64,000 bases of DNA, from positions 1,334,502 through 1,398,501 of the forward strand of contig KV454013.1 of the NCBI GenBank assembly GCA_001661245.1, in the 5' to 3' direction. Position numbers and translations under genes: made by a program. Of the stretch, positions 34,501-46,726 are shown piece after piece (position 1 is the first letter of the stretch; each line of letters starts with the position of its first letter). A model generated the notes under the pieces. The model saw only the letters and a program-made list of their open reading frames with translations. It was not told the origin of the DNA and searched no databases. This DNA comes from Pachysolen tannophilus NRRL Y-2460. Taxonomy: Eukaryota.

Positions 34501-35362
34501 CCCAATTGTAAAATTAAAGTGTATGTATCAAAATTTGTAGTCAAAGCACTTTTTGCACCAGTCTCATCAGCAATTTGTGCACTCATTTGAATTGGATATA
34601 AATCAATATACTCTTTTGAACAATTAGGTACTTCTGGTGAATGTTTAGTTGGTAAATTTTTACAATCTTCAAAATACATCTTCGTTTTTTGCTGCTCCTC
34701 CTAGTGATAATAGCTATAGCATTACTGGGAATGCATCTACTATTTCTCTTAAATCAAGGAAACAACTGAGGCCAAATTTTTCATCTGTTGCTATTCCTCA
34801 ATCGCAGGTCCTTGAGGATGCAAGTGGAGATCAGCCTTCGATAATGTTTATACCAGATTTAGAACGAGACAATAGAAGTAGGGCATCAAGTCTTAGATAT
34901 CAACCAAGTATCAATAATAAAATTGCAAATAATAATACCGAAGAAGATCTTAGGATCAATTCTCCTGGTTTATTACCTTCAATACAAACAAATTCAGACA
35001 TTGAAGGTAATGAGGAAGATGTTGATTACGAGAGAAATGAAGACGAAAGTATAAACGCTGTTGGTGGTGCACGCGGTGCGGGTGCAGATTATGATTATGA
35101 TAATGATGGTAATGACTGTGATGAGCTTTCTTTTAATGAAATATCTGCAAAAGCTCAGCATTTGATATTGAATGATTTAATGTTGAGAATTTCTTCTGGC
35201 AGTGGAGTCATATTTTCTACGTTACCAGCTCCTAGTATTGGGTGTCATAAATCAGAAGAAGATTGCTTGGAATATGTTCAAAATTTGAATTTGTGGTGTA
35301 GTGAATTACCCCCAATTTTGCTTATAAATTCACAATCAATGACAGTTACCACTGCTTTATAG
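31358..35362 (+). CDS. VHC1: Vacuolar cation-chloride cotransporter Vhc1 (SLC12 family), interrupted in this assembly by an inverted internal segment 33596-34658
   Basis: [62 protein letters not shown] on +. Middle part [25 protein letters not shown] on -. C-terminal [33 protein letters not shown] on +. Confidence 0.9.
33596..34658 (-). other. Inverted internal segment of the VHC1 coding sequence
   Basis: Reverse-complementing 33596-34658 gives in-frame junctions FPRL|NLPTKH and QSxK|FYNLQN. Confidence 0.85.
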
Positions 35363-35517
35363 ATTTTAGTTATTATCCTTTCCCCTTATATTTTATTCAA
35401 CAGACATTTATGTATCAAATATATACCATTTTCGTCGTGTTTATTGATTGACAAGAAATCAGTTTTAACAGAACTGAAACATTTAGTTAAAACTAAATAT
35501 TATAGGGTGAGAGTGCA

Positions 35518-35568
35518 GGCGGTAACTCCTCCCCGTTTCCTCCCTTTTTTTTCCAGCAGAGAGCCGCC
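35518..35568. promoter_or_regulatory. URS1-like GC boxes upstream of the 187-aa ORF
   Basis: GGCGGTAA at 35518-35525 and AGCCGCC at 35562-35568 in a GC-rich island. Confidence 0.4.
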
Positions 35569-35711
35569 TTTTTTCTGCCCTTTCCCGCCCCAAAAAAAAA
35601 ATTTTTTTTTCTATCACTACTGTTATCATCTATCTATATTATCATTTTATTCATATACCTACATACTTACATACTTACATACATACATATATATAATTAT
35701 AATATGCCAAA

Positions 35712-36275
35712 ATGTCTACATCAGTGGTAGAAGAGAACTTTTCCAAAATCAAAATATTATCATTTTTAATATATGATGCATATATCAAAGTAGTTAAACT
35801 AGATTATAATCTAGTATCGTATTATATAATTCAGGTTAAATCTGATAACGATAAAAATCTCATTGAGGATTTATCATGGTTACGAGAAAATTTACTACTA
35901 GGATTGAAAAAAGTGAGTAATATGAGAAATGATTTAAATCAAATAACTTCTATGGATAAGATTTCATTATTTTATGAATATTTACAAGATTTATTAGTGA
36001 CGAATCTTTTAAACGATTTTATTGCTATTATAAAAGATTTAAAATCTCAATTGATTGATATAGGTTCTAATGGTGTTTCAAAATTTGAGAAAATCCTCAA
36101 AGTTCATGATTTAATAAAGATTATAAATCGAGATTTTTTAAAAATTGATCAGAAAAATAATGAAAAAGAACCAAGGCAATTACAAGAAAATGGATTTAAA
36201 ATTAGATTGGAAATTGTAAGCTCAAGATTGGATAAATTAGAAAATAGTATTGATGGCTTTAACGTTAATGAGTGA
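35712..36275 (+). CDS. Hypothetical 187-aa helical protein
   Basis: ATG in A-rich context (AAAATGTCT), protein-like composition, coiled-coil-like C-terminus. No family recognised. Confidence 0.7.
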   Translation: MSTSVVEENFSKIKILSFLIYDAYIKVVKLDYNLVSYYIIQVKSDNDKNLIEDLSWLRENLLLGLKKVSNMRNDLNQITSMDKISLFYEYLQDLLVTNLLNDFIAIIKDLKSQLIDIGSNGVSKFEKILKVHDLIKIINRDFLKIDQKNNEKEPRQLQENGFKIRLEIVSSRLDKLENSIDGFNVNE

Positions 36276-36645
36276 AAAGTGAAGGAAGTGAAGAAGTGAA
36301 AAATTCATTATGTCTGGTTTTATGTCACCCTTTGGTGTGACATGACATGATTTGGTTCGTCATGACACTATGAACCGAATTTGGGGGGTTTTGATATTTG
36401 GTAAACGACGACAATATTTAGGAGACACGACCTTTTTTTAGCCTTTTCCCTTTTTCGGATTGTTGAGCAACATTAAACTACTTTTGTTATTTTTTCTGTT
36501 AATTTTTTTTTTTGCTTTTTTTTTCTCTCTTTTTTGCTTAATCTGCGGGAAAAAATTGGAAATGAGCAGAAATATATATAATATTTAAATGTTAATTCAA
36601 TTGATTTTATTTGTTTTCACGAGTATTATACGGAATTAGATAGGA

Positions 36646-37412
36646 ATGAATATTAATCAGCAGTCACTGCAACGGTGGCAGCTGACGCTATCTGCTACTG
36701 ATAGACAAAAGTTTATTGCAATATTGTAAGTTTTTAAAAGTTCAAAAATTGAGGAAAATCATAATGATGTTAAATAGTACCCTTGTTTTAAAAAAGAATT
36801 AAATTGAATCTAATTACTAACTAACTAATTTTTTTTTATTTTTTATTATTAATTTTTTTGTTATTAGAAAACAAGCCTATTTCCAGACACCGAATCCCCC
36901 TGATGATGTTCATCAGATTGCACAGGATTTTGAAAGTTATTCATATCAAAATGCTCGTTCAAAGGAGATGTATGCTAGCTTGTGTAAGCATAAGTTATTA
37001 GAAATCAAAAGTGGACTGGCAGCAGCGGTAGCCGCTGCTGCCGCCAATAACAGCGGTTCAGGGAATGGCGGTAATATCCATAATATGATTCCGCAGCAGC
37101 TTTTGAATGGGGCCCTGGCTGCGGGTGGTTCCGGTGCTACAAGCAATAGCAATAACAACAATAACAACAATAATAATAATAACATTAATAACTCCGGTAT
37201 CAATAATTCCGCTTCTAATATTTCAAACAATATAGCCAATAATAATAGTAACGGCGCTAATGGGCAATTGCCGAATTTGAATCCCGAACAGACAAGAGCC
37301 TTTTTGGCAAGGCAAGCGCAAGTAAGGCAACAAGCTGCTCAGTCTTTGTTACAACAGCATCAACAACAACAACAGCAAACTGGAAACAGTAACAATAATA
37401 ATACTAATAATA

Positions 37413-37443
<31 letters not shown>

Positions 37444-40400
37444 TGGTAATAACAAGGGTAATCAACTGGGTGGTACTGGACCGCAGCATTCGCCTCTGAT
37501 GCCAATGGCTCCGATGAACCCAATGAACTCAACCAAGCCGCTCCTGGCCATAGATCTAAGAAGTACACCAATCCCCGATGCCTTGCTTTCAAAGATTCCT
37601 GGTCTTCCTGCAGGTGTCCACACTTGGGGCCAAATTATGGATTTGGCAACAAAACAAGTTTTCAGCCCCGAGGTGTTGAATACTATTAAAAATGTTCATC
37701 AAATGCATCAACAATTACTTCTTCTAAGACAAGAGCAGACTTTAAAACAAGGGGTAGGGGCCATCAATGCAAATCCAAACAATAAACCAAATAATAATAC
37801 GAATAACTTTACTTTCAATACTAATGCTACTGCGGCAATGATGAACCAACAACGCCTGCTGTTGCTGAAACAACTGCAACAGCTGCTGCAACAGCAGATG
37901 CAACTTCGTCTGCAACAACTGCAACAACTGCAACAACAACTGCTGCTGCTGCTGCTGCTGCAAATTCCAGGAGCAAATAATAGGTTTAACCAAGCACAAC
38001 AACAACAACAACAACAACAACAGGCTTTAAACAGCAATAGTAACAATCAGCAAAGATTGCCATTAACTCAATCAATACCTCAACAGGTTCTCAAAGATGG
38101 TACAACTCAAGCACTACAATTATTACAAAGATTACAGGCTCAAGGTGCTGTACCAAGAGATTTAACTCAAGAACAAAAACAGGCATTTATAAAGAAATTC
38201 ATTATTCATCAAATAGAGCAATTGAAGAAGAATGCTGCTAATAATAACGCAAACAATAACAATAGCAGCAACAATGGCAACAACAATAACAACAATAATA
38301 ACAACAACAATAACAATAATAATAATAGTAATAATACTAATAATAACAATATGCCGCTTCCCTTGTCAGCTAATCAGGCTCAGGTTCAAGCAAGAATGCA
38401 ACAAACAGCAGCTGCCGCTGCATCAAATAATATTACAGCACCACCTCAGCAGCAGCAAATGGGAGGTTATGTTCCGCCTCTTCCACCACATGCAAGATGG
38501 AATGGTAATAATGGTATTGTTCCACAACAAGGTAATAACAATAATCAAAGCAATAATAACAACAACAACGCTAGCCTTCAACAGAAATTGGCACTTCAGG
38601 CTCAAAACTCTCATTTACCTACTATGCAACACCAAAGATTACAACATCAACAACAAGGGCTACCTACAAATGACCAGCATATTAGACCTAACAATTTGAA
38701 CCCTCAATCACTGCAATTTTCTCAGATTGCTCAACAACTGCTGCAGCAACAACAACTGCAACAGCTGCAGCAACAAAACCCTAGAGGCACCATTATTGCT
38801 ACTGAAGAGGATAAGCAAGAGTTGAAAAAATTGGTTGAAGATTCTTCGAAATTTGCCATTAATTTAAGAAATTTAACAAATGAAATGAGCCCTGATGAGA
38901 AAAAATACATTTTATCACAGTTTAAAACTTTGGTATCAATGTTGAGCATGACTGATAATATTATTCCTAATTTTTATTTCATTACAAAGAATAAAGATGG
39001 AACAAGTAAATTATTATCAATGAGGATAATGATCAAAATTATAATCAACGGATTGAAAAATAACGAATTCTATGCCAACCAGCTTCTTTATACAAAGATT
39101 CAAACACAAATTCAAAGATATGTTAATTACATAAAAGAATATCAGAAGACCTATGCCAGCAAGATATCTGGAATCAATACTAATATTCCTCAGGTAAGAA
39201 ATAACTGGCAACAGCAACTGCTGCAACAACTGCAACAACAACTGCAGCTGCTGCAACAGCGTTTGAACCAACAACAATTGTACCAAAATATGCAAGGCGG
39301 TTTACCTCAAAACAAGGCCATGCTCCACCAACAACTGCAACTGCAACTGCTGCAACAACAACAGCAACAACAGCAACACCAAATGATGCCATCGCATGTT
39401 CCACATAATTTACAGCCAACTGTCGACAGTAATAATCCTTTATCTCAGCAACTGCAATTGTTCCAAAATATGCCACTGCAAGATGCTGCGTTATTGTCAA
39501 TGACCATGCCGGGTACTACACCACTGCAACAATTTCAACTGGCACCAACTGGGTTACCTCCGTCAGCTCCACTAACACCACAGTTGATTCAACAACAGGC
39601 TCTGCAAAGATTTGCCCCATCAATGGCTAATAATTCAATGAGATCGTCACCAATTGTTCCAGCACCGATCCTTCCAAATCCAATACAGCAGCAGCAACAG
39701 CTTCACCCACTGCAGCATCAATACCAACAACTGCAGCAGCAGCAACAACAACAACAACTGCAGCCGCAGCAGAAAGTTTCGAACACTACGACGCCAACTG
39801 GAACAAGTGTTGGACTAACATCTAAGAAATTAACGCCTAATAGAAGAAAATCGAAAACTGTACAAAAAGCTAATAAGACGCAGCAGCCACCGAAGGTGGA
39901 AGTTTCTTCTGTTGCTACTAGTAATAATAACAGCAGTGGTTCTTTAACATCGTCGGAGAAGCCAGGGTCCAATGTTTCAAAGATGGCAACGCCTTCATCA
40001 CTTTCGATGTCACCTGCTAATCAACTGTTTTTGAAAGAACAAGCAGAAAAATTAGCTAGAGAAGAAGCATTGAGAAGTGAGGAAGAGGCATCTAGAATAC
40101 AAAGACAACAATTGGCTGCCATTGATCCAACTTTATACTTTTTATCGAGTTTATCGCATGCTTTTGGTTTGAAAGAAGAAGAATCGAAATTGGTTCATAG
40201 TAAAAATTCTCCTACTTTCAATAAGCAAATGTCTCCATCTATGGTAAAAGGTATAACCCCATCTGCAATATTACAGACTCCAACCCCATTCAATGTTAGA
40301 ACACCACTGTCAGGACGCAGATCTTCTCCTGTCACTAACAAATATAATTCTAAGGCCACTAATGAAGCTATCATCGATGAGGAAAACAATTGGAAGTGTA

Positions 40401-40696
40401 CATTAAAACCACTGGCTGTAAGGTCGGCTTTCAAAGAAGTCCCATCGATTGAACGTACTATATTCAACTTGATGATTCCAACTCCACCAGAAGAAAATCT
40501 AACAGATGGTATACTTAAAAATGAAAATGAAAATGAAAATGAAAATAATATCAAGATCCAAATTAACGACAAAAAAAGAAAATTCGAAGGCGACAATGAT
40601 ATGGGTCCTTTGAATAAGGAATCCAAAATTGGATTTTTCAAAGAAAGCGAAGCCATAGATCCAATCTGGGACTTTAACTCGATTTCAGCGCCATGA
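36646..40696 (+). CDS. GAL11: Mediator tail subunit Med15/Gal11; intron 36726-36867
   Basis: Exon 1 MNINQQS..WQ.TLSATDRQKFIAI joined via GTAAGT..TACTAAC (36815)..TAG to a KIX-like segment AQDFESYSYQNARSKEMY. Also IPGLPAGVHTWGQI, long Q/N/QA tracts, TPSAILQTP, IPTPPE. Confidence 0.88.
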
Positions 40697-41235
40697 TTTG
40701 ACTTGAATCATTCACAATATCAAACAATTTGTTTTATTCCACTTTCTTTTTAACTTTTCTATTATTAACTTATTCAACTTGACTTTTATTTTATTTATAT
40801 ATACATACATATTATTCTTTGCTTTTTTTTACTCCCTCCTTTCTTCTCTTTCAAAAGTGTTTCTGTATCGTTTCGGCATCGTTGGTTCTCATCAGTTTTC
40901 TCCAATTTGTTGATGTATTTTTGTATAATAAAAACCGCCCAAATAGAAGTAGTGTACAATATTTCAAATTAGTCCCAATTCGGATTTGTATGTGAAATTT
41001 TTCAGAAAGCACTTTTAAATCAGATAAGGCAAGTGAATTTATAATATATATTTATTGAATTAGCAATCAAGTGTAGAGACGTTTATTGTATCTTGGATAG
41101 AGAGAAGCAAGTCTGGATTTATTTAATAGCTAGATTATAGGTTGTAATCTTTTTTTGTTTCTTTTTTTGTTTTTTTTTGTTAGAATAAAAGGTTTTCATG
41201 TATCATTAATTGGTGGGATTTTATTTAAAGTGAAG

Positions 41236-43956
41236 ATGACTAAGAATGAAAATGTTTCAGATATTGTTGGCAATACAGATGCTAGCAATAATGGTTGCCG
41301 TCAAGGTGGTTCAGGAGATGAAGCTGGTGGGTTTATAGTGGATGATCCTGAATTATCCAAGAGCAATAGAAGGAGGTCAAGAAGATTAAGAGATCAAAGC
41401 AATCATTCTTCAGATTTGAAGGCAAATGAAAATTTAAAAGGTAATAATAATAATGATTTAGAGAAGGCTGATCCTTTAATAACACCTTTCCAGGTATCAA
41501 AACCCAAGAAATTAAATGGTAAGAAAAATGGGAAAAATGGGAAAAAGCAGACAGTAAAATCATCTCGACCATCAGCGCGTGTTTCTTCTTCGTCTAGAAA
41601 ATCTGCTTTGAAGGCAAAGAGAAGTTTAAAAGAGATTTCAGATGGTGATGATGACGATCCAGATTTTGATTCAGATGAATATGTTCCTGAAAATGAAGAA
41701 GAGGAAGAAGGAGAAGAAGAAGAAGAAGTTGAGGGAAATGGTGCAAATGGTGCAAATGAAGACGTGATTTTTATATTCGATAAAGATGGTAATGTTAAAA
41801 GAGAAGGAAGGTCAAATGATGACCCTATCGATCTTTCGCTTGAAGATAATGAAAATGAACTTGATGATGTACCTTTAAGTACTAGAGCTAATGCTACTGA
41901 AGCATCTCGTAAGAGAAGGAAAACAACCTCATCTTCAAGTACTTCATCCAGAGCTAAAAAGGCTAAAGATAAAAAACCAAAGATTTCTTATCATGAAAGA
42001 ATTACGAATAAACTTTTTGATATTCATACAGGGTTGGCCGATGTTTTCCCTAAATTAGCAAGTAATTCCATGATTAAACCGGAACGTGCTATTCAACCTG
42101 AAGGAATGACAATTAAATTATTACCTTTCCAATTAGAAGGTCTTAACTGGTTGATTAAACAAGAAGCTGGTGAATTTGGTGGTGGTGTCTTGGCAGATGA
42201 AATGGGTATGGGTAAGACAATCCAAACAATTGCCTTATTTATGAATGATTGCACGAAAAGACCAAATTTAGTTATTGCTCCAACAGTTGCGTTAATTCAA
42301 TGGAAAAATGAAATTGAACAACATACTGGTGGGAAGTTAAAAGTTTGTGTTTTCCATGGTGCAAATAGACTGAAAAATGCAGAAGGTTTAGAAGAATTTG
42401 ATGTTGTATTGACAAGTTATTCAGTTTTAGAAAGTGTTTACAGAAGACAAAATTATGGGTTTAGAAGAAATAATAAATTAGTCAAATCCAAATCACCTTT
42501 ACATAGTACTCAATTTTATAGAGTTATTTTGGATGAAGCTCATAACATCAAAGATAGGAATAGTGGAACTTCAAGAGCAGCAAATATGTTGAATACCAAG
42601 AAGAGATGGTGTCTTTCTGGTACTCCTTTACAAAACCGTATTGGTGAAATGTACTCATTAATTAGGTATATGAAATTATTCCCATTTTGTGAATATTTCT
42701 GTACAAAATGTAAATGTCGTTCCACTGAATGGAGATTTAGTGATCGTAGTCATTGTGATGGATGTGGCCATCCACCAATGTTACATACCAATTTTTTCAA
42801 TCATTTCATGTTGAAAAATATACAAAAATATGGAATTCAAGGTGATGGTTTAGAAAGTTTTGAAAATATTAGATTATTATTGAAAAACATTATGTTAAGA
42901 AGAACAAAAGTAGAAAGAGCTGATGATTTAGGATTACCACCAAGAATTGTAGAAATTAGAAGTGATTATTTCAATGAAGAAGAAAAAGATTTATATCAAA
43001 GTTTATATTCTGATTCCAAGAGAAAATTCAATGATTATGTTGCAGAAGGTGTTGTATTGAATAATTATGCAAATATTTTCACTTTATTAACTCGTATGAG
43101 GCAATTAGCAGATCATCCAGATTTAGTATTGAGAAGAGCGACTAGTAATAATGGTAATGATTATTTACTGGCAAGTGGTGTAATAGTTTGTCAATTGTGT
43201 GATGATGAAGCTGAAGATGCCATTGAATCCAAATGTCATCATAAATTTTGTAGAATGTGTATTAGTGAGTATGTTGAAAGTTTTGATGGTGATATAGATA
43301 AGGAATTAGAATGTCCTGTTTGTCATATTGGTCTTAGTATTGATTTATCGCTGCCCCTGATTGAAAATGAAGAAGCTATTGGTAAAAAATCCAGTATAAT
43401 CAACAGAATAAGAATGGATGGTGATTGGAGATCTTCAACCAAGATTGAAGCATTGGTGGAAGAATTATATAAATTAAGAAATGATAGGCAAACCATTAAA
43501 TCTATTGTCTTTTCTCAATTTACCAGTATGTTAGATCTTGTTGAGTGGAGATTGAAAAGGGCTGGTTTCCAAACAGTGAAATTACAAGGATCAATGTCTC
43601 CTCAACAAAGAGATAACAGTATTAGATATTTTATGGAAAATCCTCAAGTTGAAGTCTTTTTAGTATCTTTAAAAGCAGGAGGCGTTGCATTAAACTTATG
43701 TGAAGCATCCCAAGTCTTTATATTAGACCCATGGTGGAATCCAAGTGTAGAATGGCAGTCCGGTGATAGAGTCCATAGAATTGGTCAACATAGACCAGTT
43801 AAAATCACCAGGTTCTGCATTGAAGATAGTATCGAGGCAAGAATCATTGAGTTACAAGACAAGAAAGCAAACATGATTAATGCTACAATCAACCACGACG
43901 ACGCTGCCATTAACAGATTAACACCCGGTGACTTGCAATTCCTTTTCATGAACTAG
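41236..43956 (+). CDS. RAD16: Snf2-family ATPase/RING protein Rad16 (global-genome NER)
   Basis: [76 protein letters not shown]. First ATG is at 41236; the track start is a TTG. Confidence 0.97.
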   Translation: MTKNENVSDIVGNTDASNNGCRQGGSGDEAGGFIVDDPELSKSNRRRSRRLRDQSNHSSDLKANENLKGNNNNDLEKADPLITPFQVSKPKKLNGKKNGKNGKKQTVKSSRPSARVSSSSRKSALKAKRSLKEISDGDDDDPDFDSDEYVPENEEEEEGEEEEEVEGNGANGANEDVIFIFDKDGNVKREGRSNDDPIDLSLEDNENELDDVPLSTRANATEASRKRRKTTSSSSTSSRAKKAKDKKPKISYHERITNKLFDIHTGLADVFPKLASNSMIKPERAIQPEGMTIKLLPFQLEGLNWLIKQEAGEFGGGVLADEMGMGKTIQTIALFMNDCTKRPNLVIAPTVALIQWKNEIEQHTGGKLKVCVFHGANRLKNAEGLEEFDVVLTSYSVLESVYRRQNYGFRRNNKLVKSKSPLHSTQFYRVILDEAHNIKDRNSGTSRAANMLNTKKRWCLSGTPLQNRIGEMYSLIRYMKLFPFCEYFCTKCKCRSTEWRFSDRSHCDGCGHPPMLHTNFFNHFMLKNIQKYGIQGDGLESFENIRLLLKNIMLRRTKVERADDLGLPPRIVEIRSDYFNEEEKDLYQSLYSDSKRKFNDYVAEGVVLNNYANIFTLLTRMRQLADHPDLVLRRATSNNGNDYLLASGVIVCQLCDDEAEDAIESKCHHKFCRMCISEYVESFDGDIDKELECPVCHIGLSIDLSLPLIENEEAIGKKSSIINRIRMDGDWRSSTKIEALVEELYKLRNDRQTIKSIVFSQFTSMLDLVEWRLKRAGFQTVKLQGSMSPQQRDNSIRYFMENPQVEVFLVSLKAGGVALNLCEASQVFILDPWWNPSVEWQSGDRVHRIGQHRPVKITRFCIEDSIEARIIELQDKKANMINATINHDDAAINRLTPGDLQFLFMN

Positions 43957-44076
43957 ACCTTTAGTTGCCGTTGCCGTTGCTGTTGTTATCGTTGCCGTTA
44001 TCGCAGTCGCCCACACAAAATGGACCATCTGCCATTTATTTTTTCTGGAAATTTGACCCGTGTCAATACTTGCAGT

Positions 44077-44085
44077 TCACGTGAC
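44077..44085. promoter_or_regulatory. Cbf1-type E-box TCACGTGAC upstream of NOT5
   Basis: Exact RTCACGTG match on the - strand. Confidence 0.45.
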
Positions 44086-44391
44086 ACTAAATTGTCTCTT
44101 TGAACAACGACAATTCAAAAAACTTAGAGAAAAGAAACCAAAGACGTATTTTATATATATAGTTTATATATATATATATATCAGTTGAAATAAATTAATG
44201 AAATATTGTATAAGTAGTTAGTGTTAATTTGGATTAGACCATTATTTCTTGAAGTTTATTAAGGAAGAGGGAAAAAAAAAGACTTCAAAATAATATTAAA
44301 TAAAAAAAAATATATATAAAAAAAGAAGAAGGTTTGACTGAGAGAAAAGTAGAGAAAATAGAGGAGTTTTTAAATTTGTGTATATGGAAAA

Positions 44392-46483
44392 ATGGCACAA
44401 AGGAAACTTCAGCAGTAAGTTTTTATGATTTAGAGATTAATAGGTCAATATCATGATGATTTGAAATTGGATTATTAATGTGGTTTTAAAAATATGAGAT
44501 TTGTATGAATACTAACTGAGTTTTTTTTTTTTTTTTTTTTTTTATCTATTTATTTATTTATTTAGAGAGATTGATAAAATTGTTAAGAAGGTGAAAGATG
44601 GTGCTCAAGAATTTGATTTTTATTATGAGAAATTATTGAGTTCAGAAAATCAATCTCAAAAGGAGAAATTGGAAGGGGATTTGAAAAAAGAAATAAAGAA
44701 ATTACAAAGATCAAGAGATCAAATTAAGGTATGGTTAAGTGGTAATGAAGTTAAGGATAAATCACAACTTGTTGAATTAAGAAAGATTATTGAAACTGAT
44801 ATGGAGAAATTTAAAGATGTTGAAAAAGAAATGAAAACTAAGGCTTTTAGTAAGCAAGGTTTAAATATGCAACAGAAACTTGATCCAAGAGAAAAGGAGA
44901 AATTAGAAACGGCAAATTTTGTTCAATCAATGATTGAAGAATTAGAAAGACAATGTGAAGCATTAGAACTGAAAATTGTTTCAGCTCAAGGCTCACTGAA
45001 GAAGAGTCGTTTATCTTCGAAAAAGCAAGAAGAAATAAATTCAATTCAAGAAACTTTAGATAGGCATAATTGGCATCAAGAAAAAATGGAAAATATTTTA
45101 AGATTATTGGAAAATAATGATTTAGAAGTTGATCAAATTCAAGAAATTGAAGAAGATATCAAATATTATGTTGAAAATAATCAAGAAGATGATTTTATTG
45201 AAGATGATGGATTTTATGATCAATTGGGATTGGAAGCAGTGGAAGATTATAATGCTATCCCTGCAATGCCTTCAAATACAGATGTTACTACAGCTTCAGC
45301 AACTTTGGAAGAAAAAGATCTTTCTCAACAACCAAATTCAACCTCTACTCCAATACCTGCAACACCAATAGCTACAACAATGGCGACTACAAGTTCTTTT
45401 AATCAACCACTATCGGCCACATCGACAACGGTTTTAGCTTCTGGAGGATTAAGTAAGAAATCAACACCAGTAGCTACTACACCAGTATCTTCATCGGTCC
45501 CATTATACCAATCCCTGTCCCAATCGCAATACCATACACAGCAGCAGCAGCAGCAGACTCAGCAGACTCAGCAGAATCAGGAGCAAGAACTGCAACAACA
45601 GGTCCAGATACAACCACAACTTACCCAGAAATCCTCACCTTCATCAACGTCAGCTATACATTCAGCTAAACTTTCTACACCTTCTGGAGCAACAACTCCA
45701 AAATTGAAGTACGCATCTGTAGTTGCAAGTAATAGTGCTTCAAATGGATCGCAACAAGTTACTCAACAAACATCAATATCAGCATCACAGCAGACGCCTC
45801 CTCCACCTCCTCCAGGGTTGACCAAAATTAATACAAATGTTTCTGCCGCAGGGACAGATTCAAGAGAAAGTACACAATCACCTCAATTATTGTCTGCCAC
45901 TGTTGACCATACAGCTGCATCATCATCAGCATCAACTACAATCTCTCCTTTACTTCTGGATTTAGCCCCTGCTTTAGAAAATGCAATGAAGAGATTAGAA
46001 ACACCGGCTTCATTTGAAGATATTTCATCCAAATTAGAAACTTCATTATTAACATGTCCAGATTCACTAGATACTGATAAACCTAAAAATTATTATTCAA
46101 CTCAACCTTTTGCAACTTCAATTTTTTATCCACAAGAACCATTATTCCAATTAGTAAACAACACAAAAAATTTATCAAAATATAATGAATCTACTTTATT
46201 TTACATTTTTTATAACCATAAATTACCAAAGACAGAAATTGAATATCATACAACTTATGGTGAATATTTACAATATAAATCTACTTTGGAATTAATTAAA
46301 AGAGGATGGAAATTTAATAGAGAAGAACAAAAATGGTATCATGCAGATGAAGAAATTATTCCTCCTTTACCAGGACAACAAAATCCTGTAAAACAACAAA
46401 TCTGGAGATACTTTGATGAATCAGATTGGATATCAAAAAGGAAAAATAATTTCAATTATGATGAAACTAAAATGTGGGGATAA
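44392..46483 (+). CDS. NOT5: CCR4-NOT subunit Not5 (Not3/5 family); intron 44415-44565
   Basis: Exon 1 MAQRKLQQ joined via GTAAGT..TACTAAC (44510)..TAG to EIDKIVKKVKDG. EKLEGDLKKEIKKLQR, EKEMKTKAFS, NOT box STLFYIFY. Adjacent to LTP1 as in S. cerevisiae. Confidence 0.92.
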
Positions 46484-46726
46484 TTATTTAAATACTTTTC
46501 AAACATTTAACTTAGTTTTACTTTTTTTTTATTTTCTTTTATTTAGTTTATTTTTGTCCTACTAGAAGTTCTTTCCATAAAGATTAAGAAAGGAACTGGG
46601 ATCATGTAAAAATATTTCTTTTTGTTGATTTTAAACTGTTTTCAAGTTCAAATTGAAAAAATTTTGTAATTCATCTATCTATCTATATATCTATATATAT
46701 CTTTATTAAGTAAATTGAAGTTTTAA

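Noticed and set aside
37708..38046. Cys-rich antisense ORFs over MED15 (also 38731-38949 and 39718-39972)
   Set aside because: Shadows of CAA/CAG/CTG repeats on the opposite strand, not metallothionein-like genes.
44077..44200. CDEI-like TCACGTGAC followed by AT-rich DNA, as in a point centromere
   Set aside because: No CDEIII CCG motif at the expected spacing, and point centromeres are not expected outside Saccharomycetaceae. A Cbf1 promoter site is the simpler explanation.
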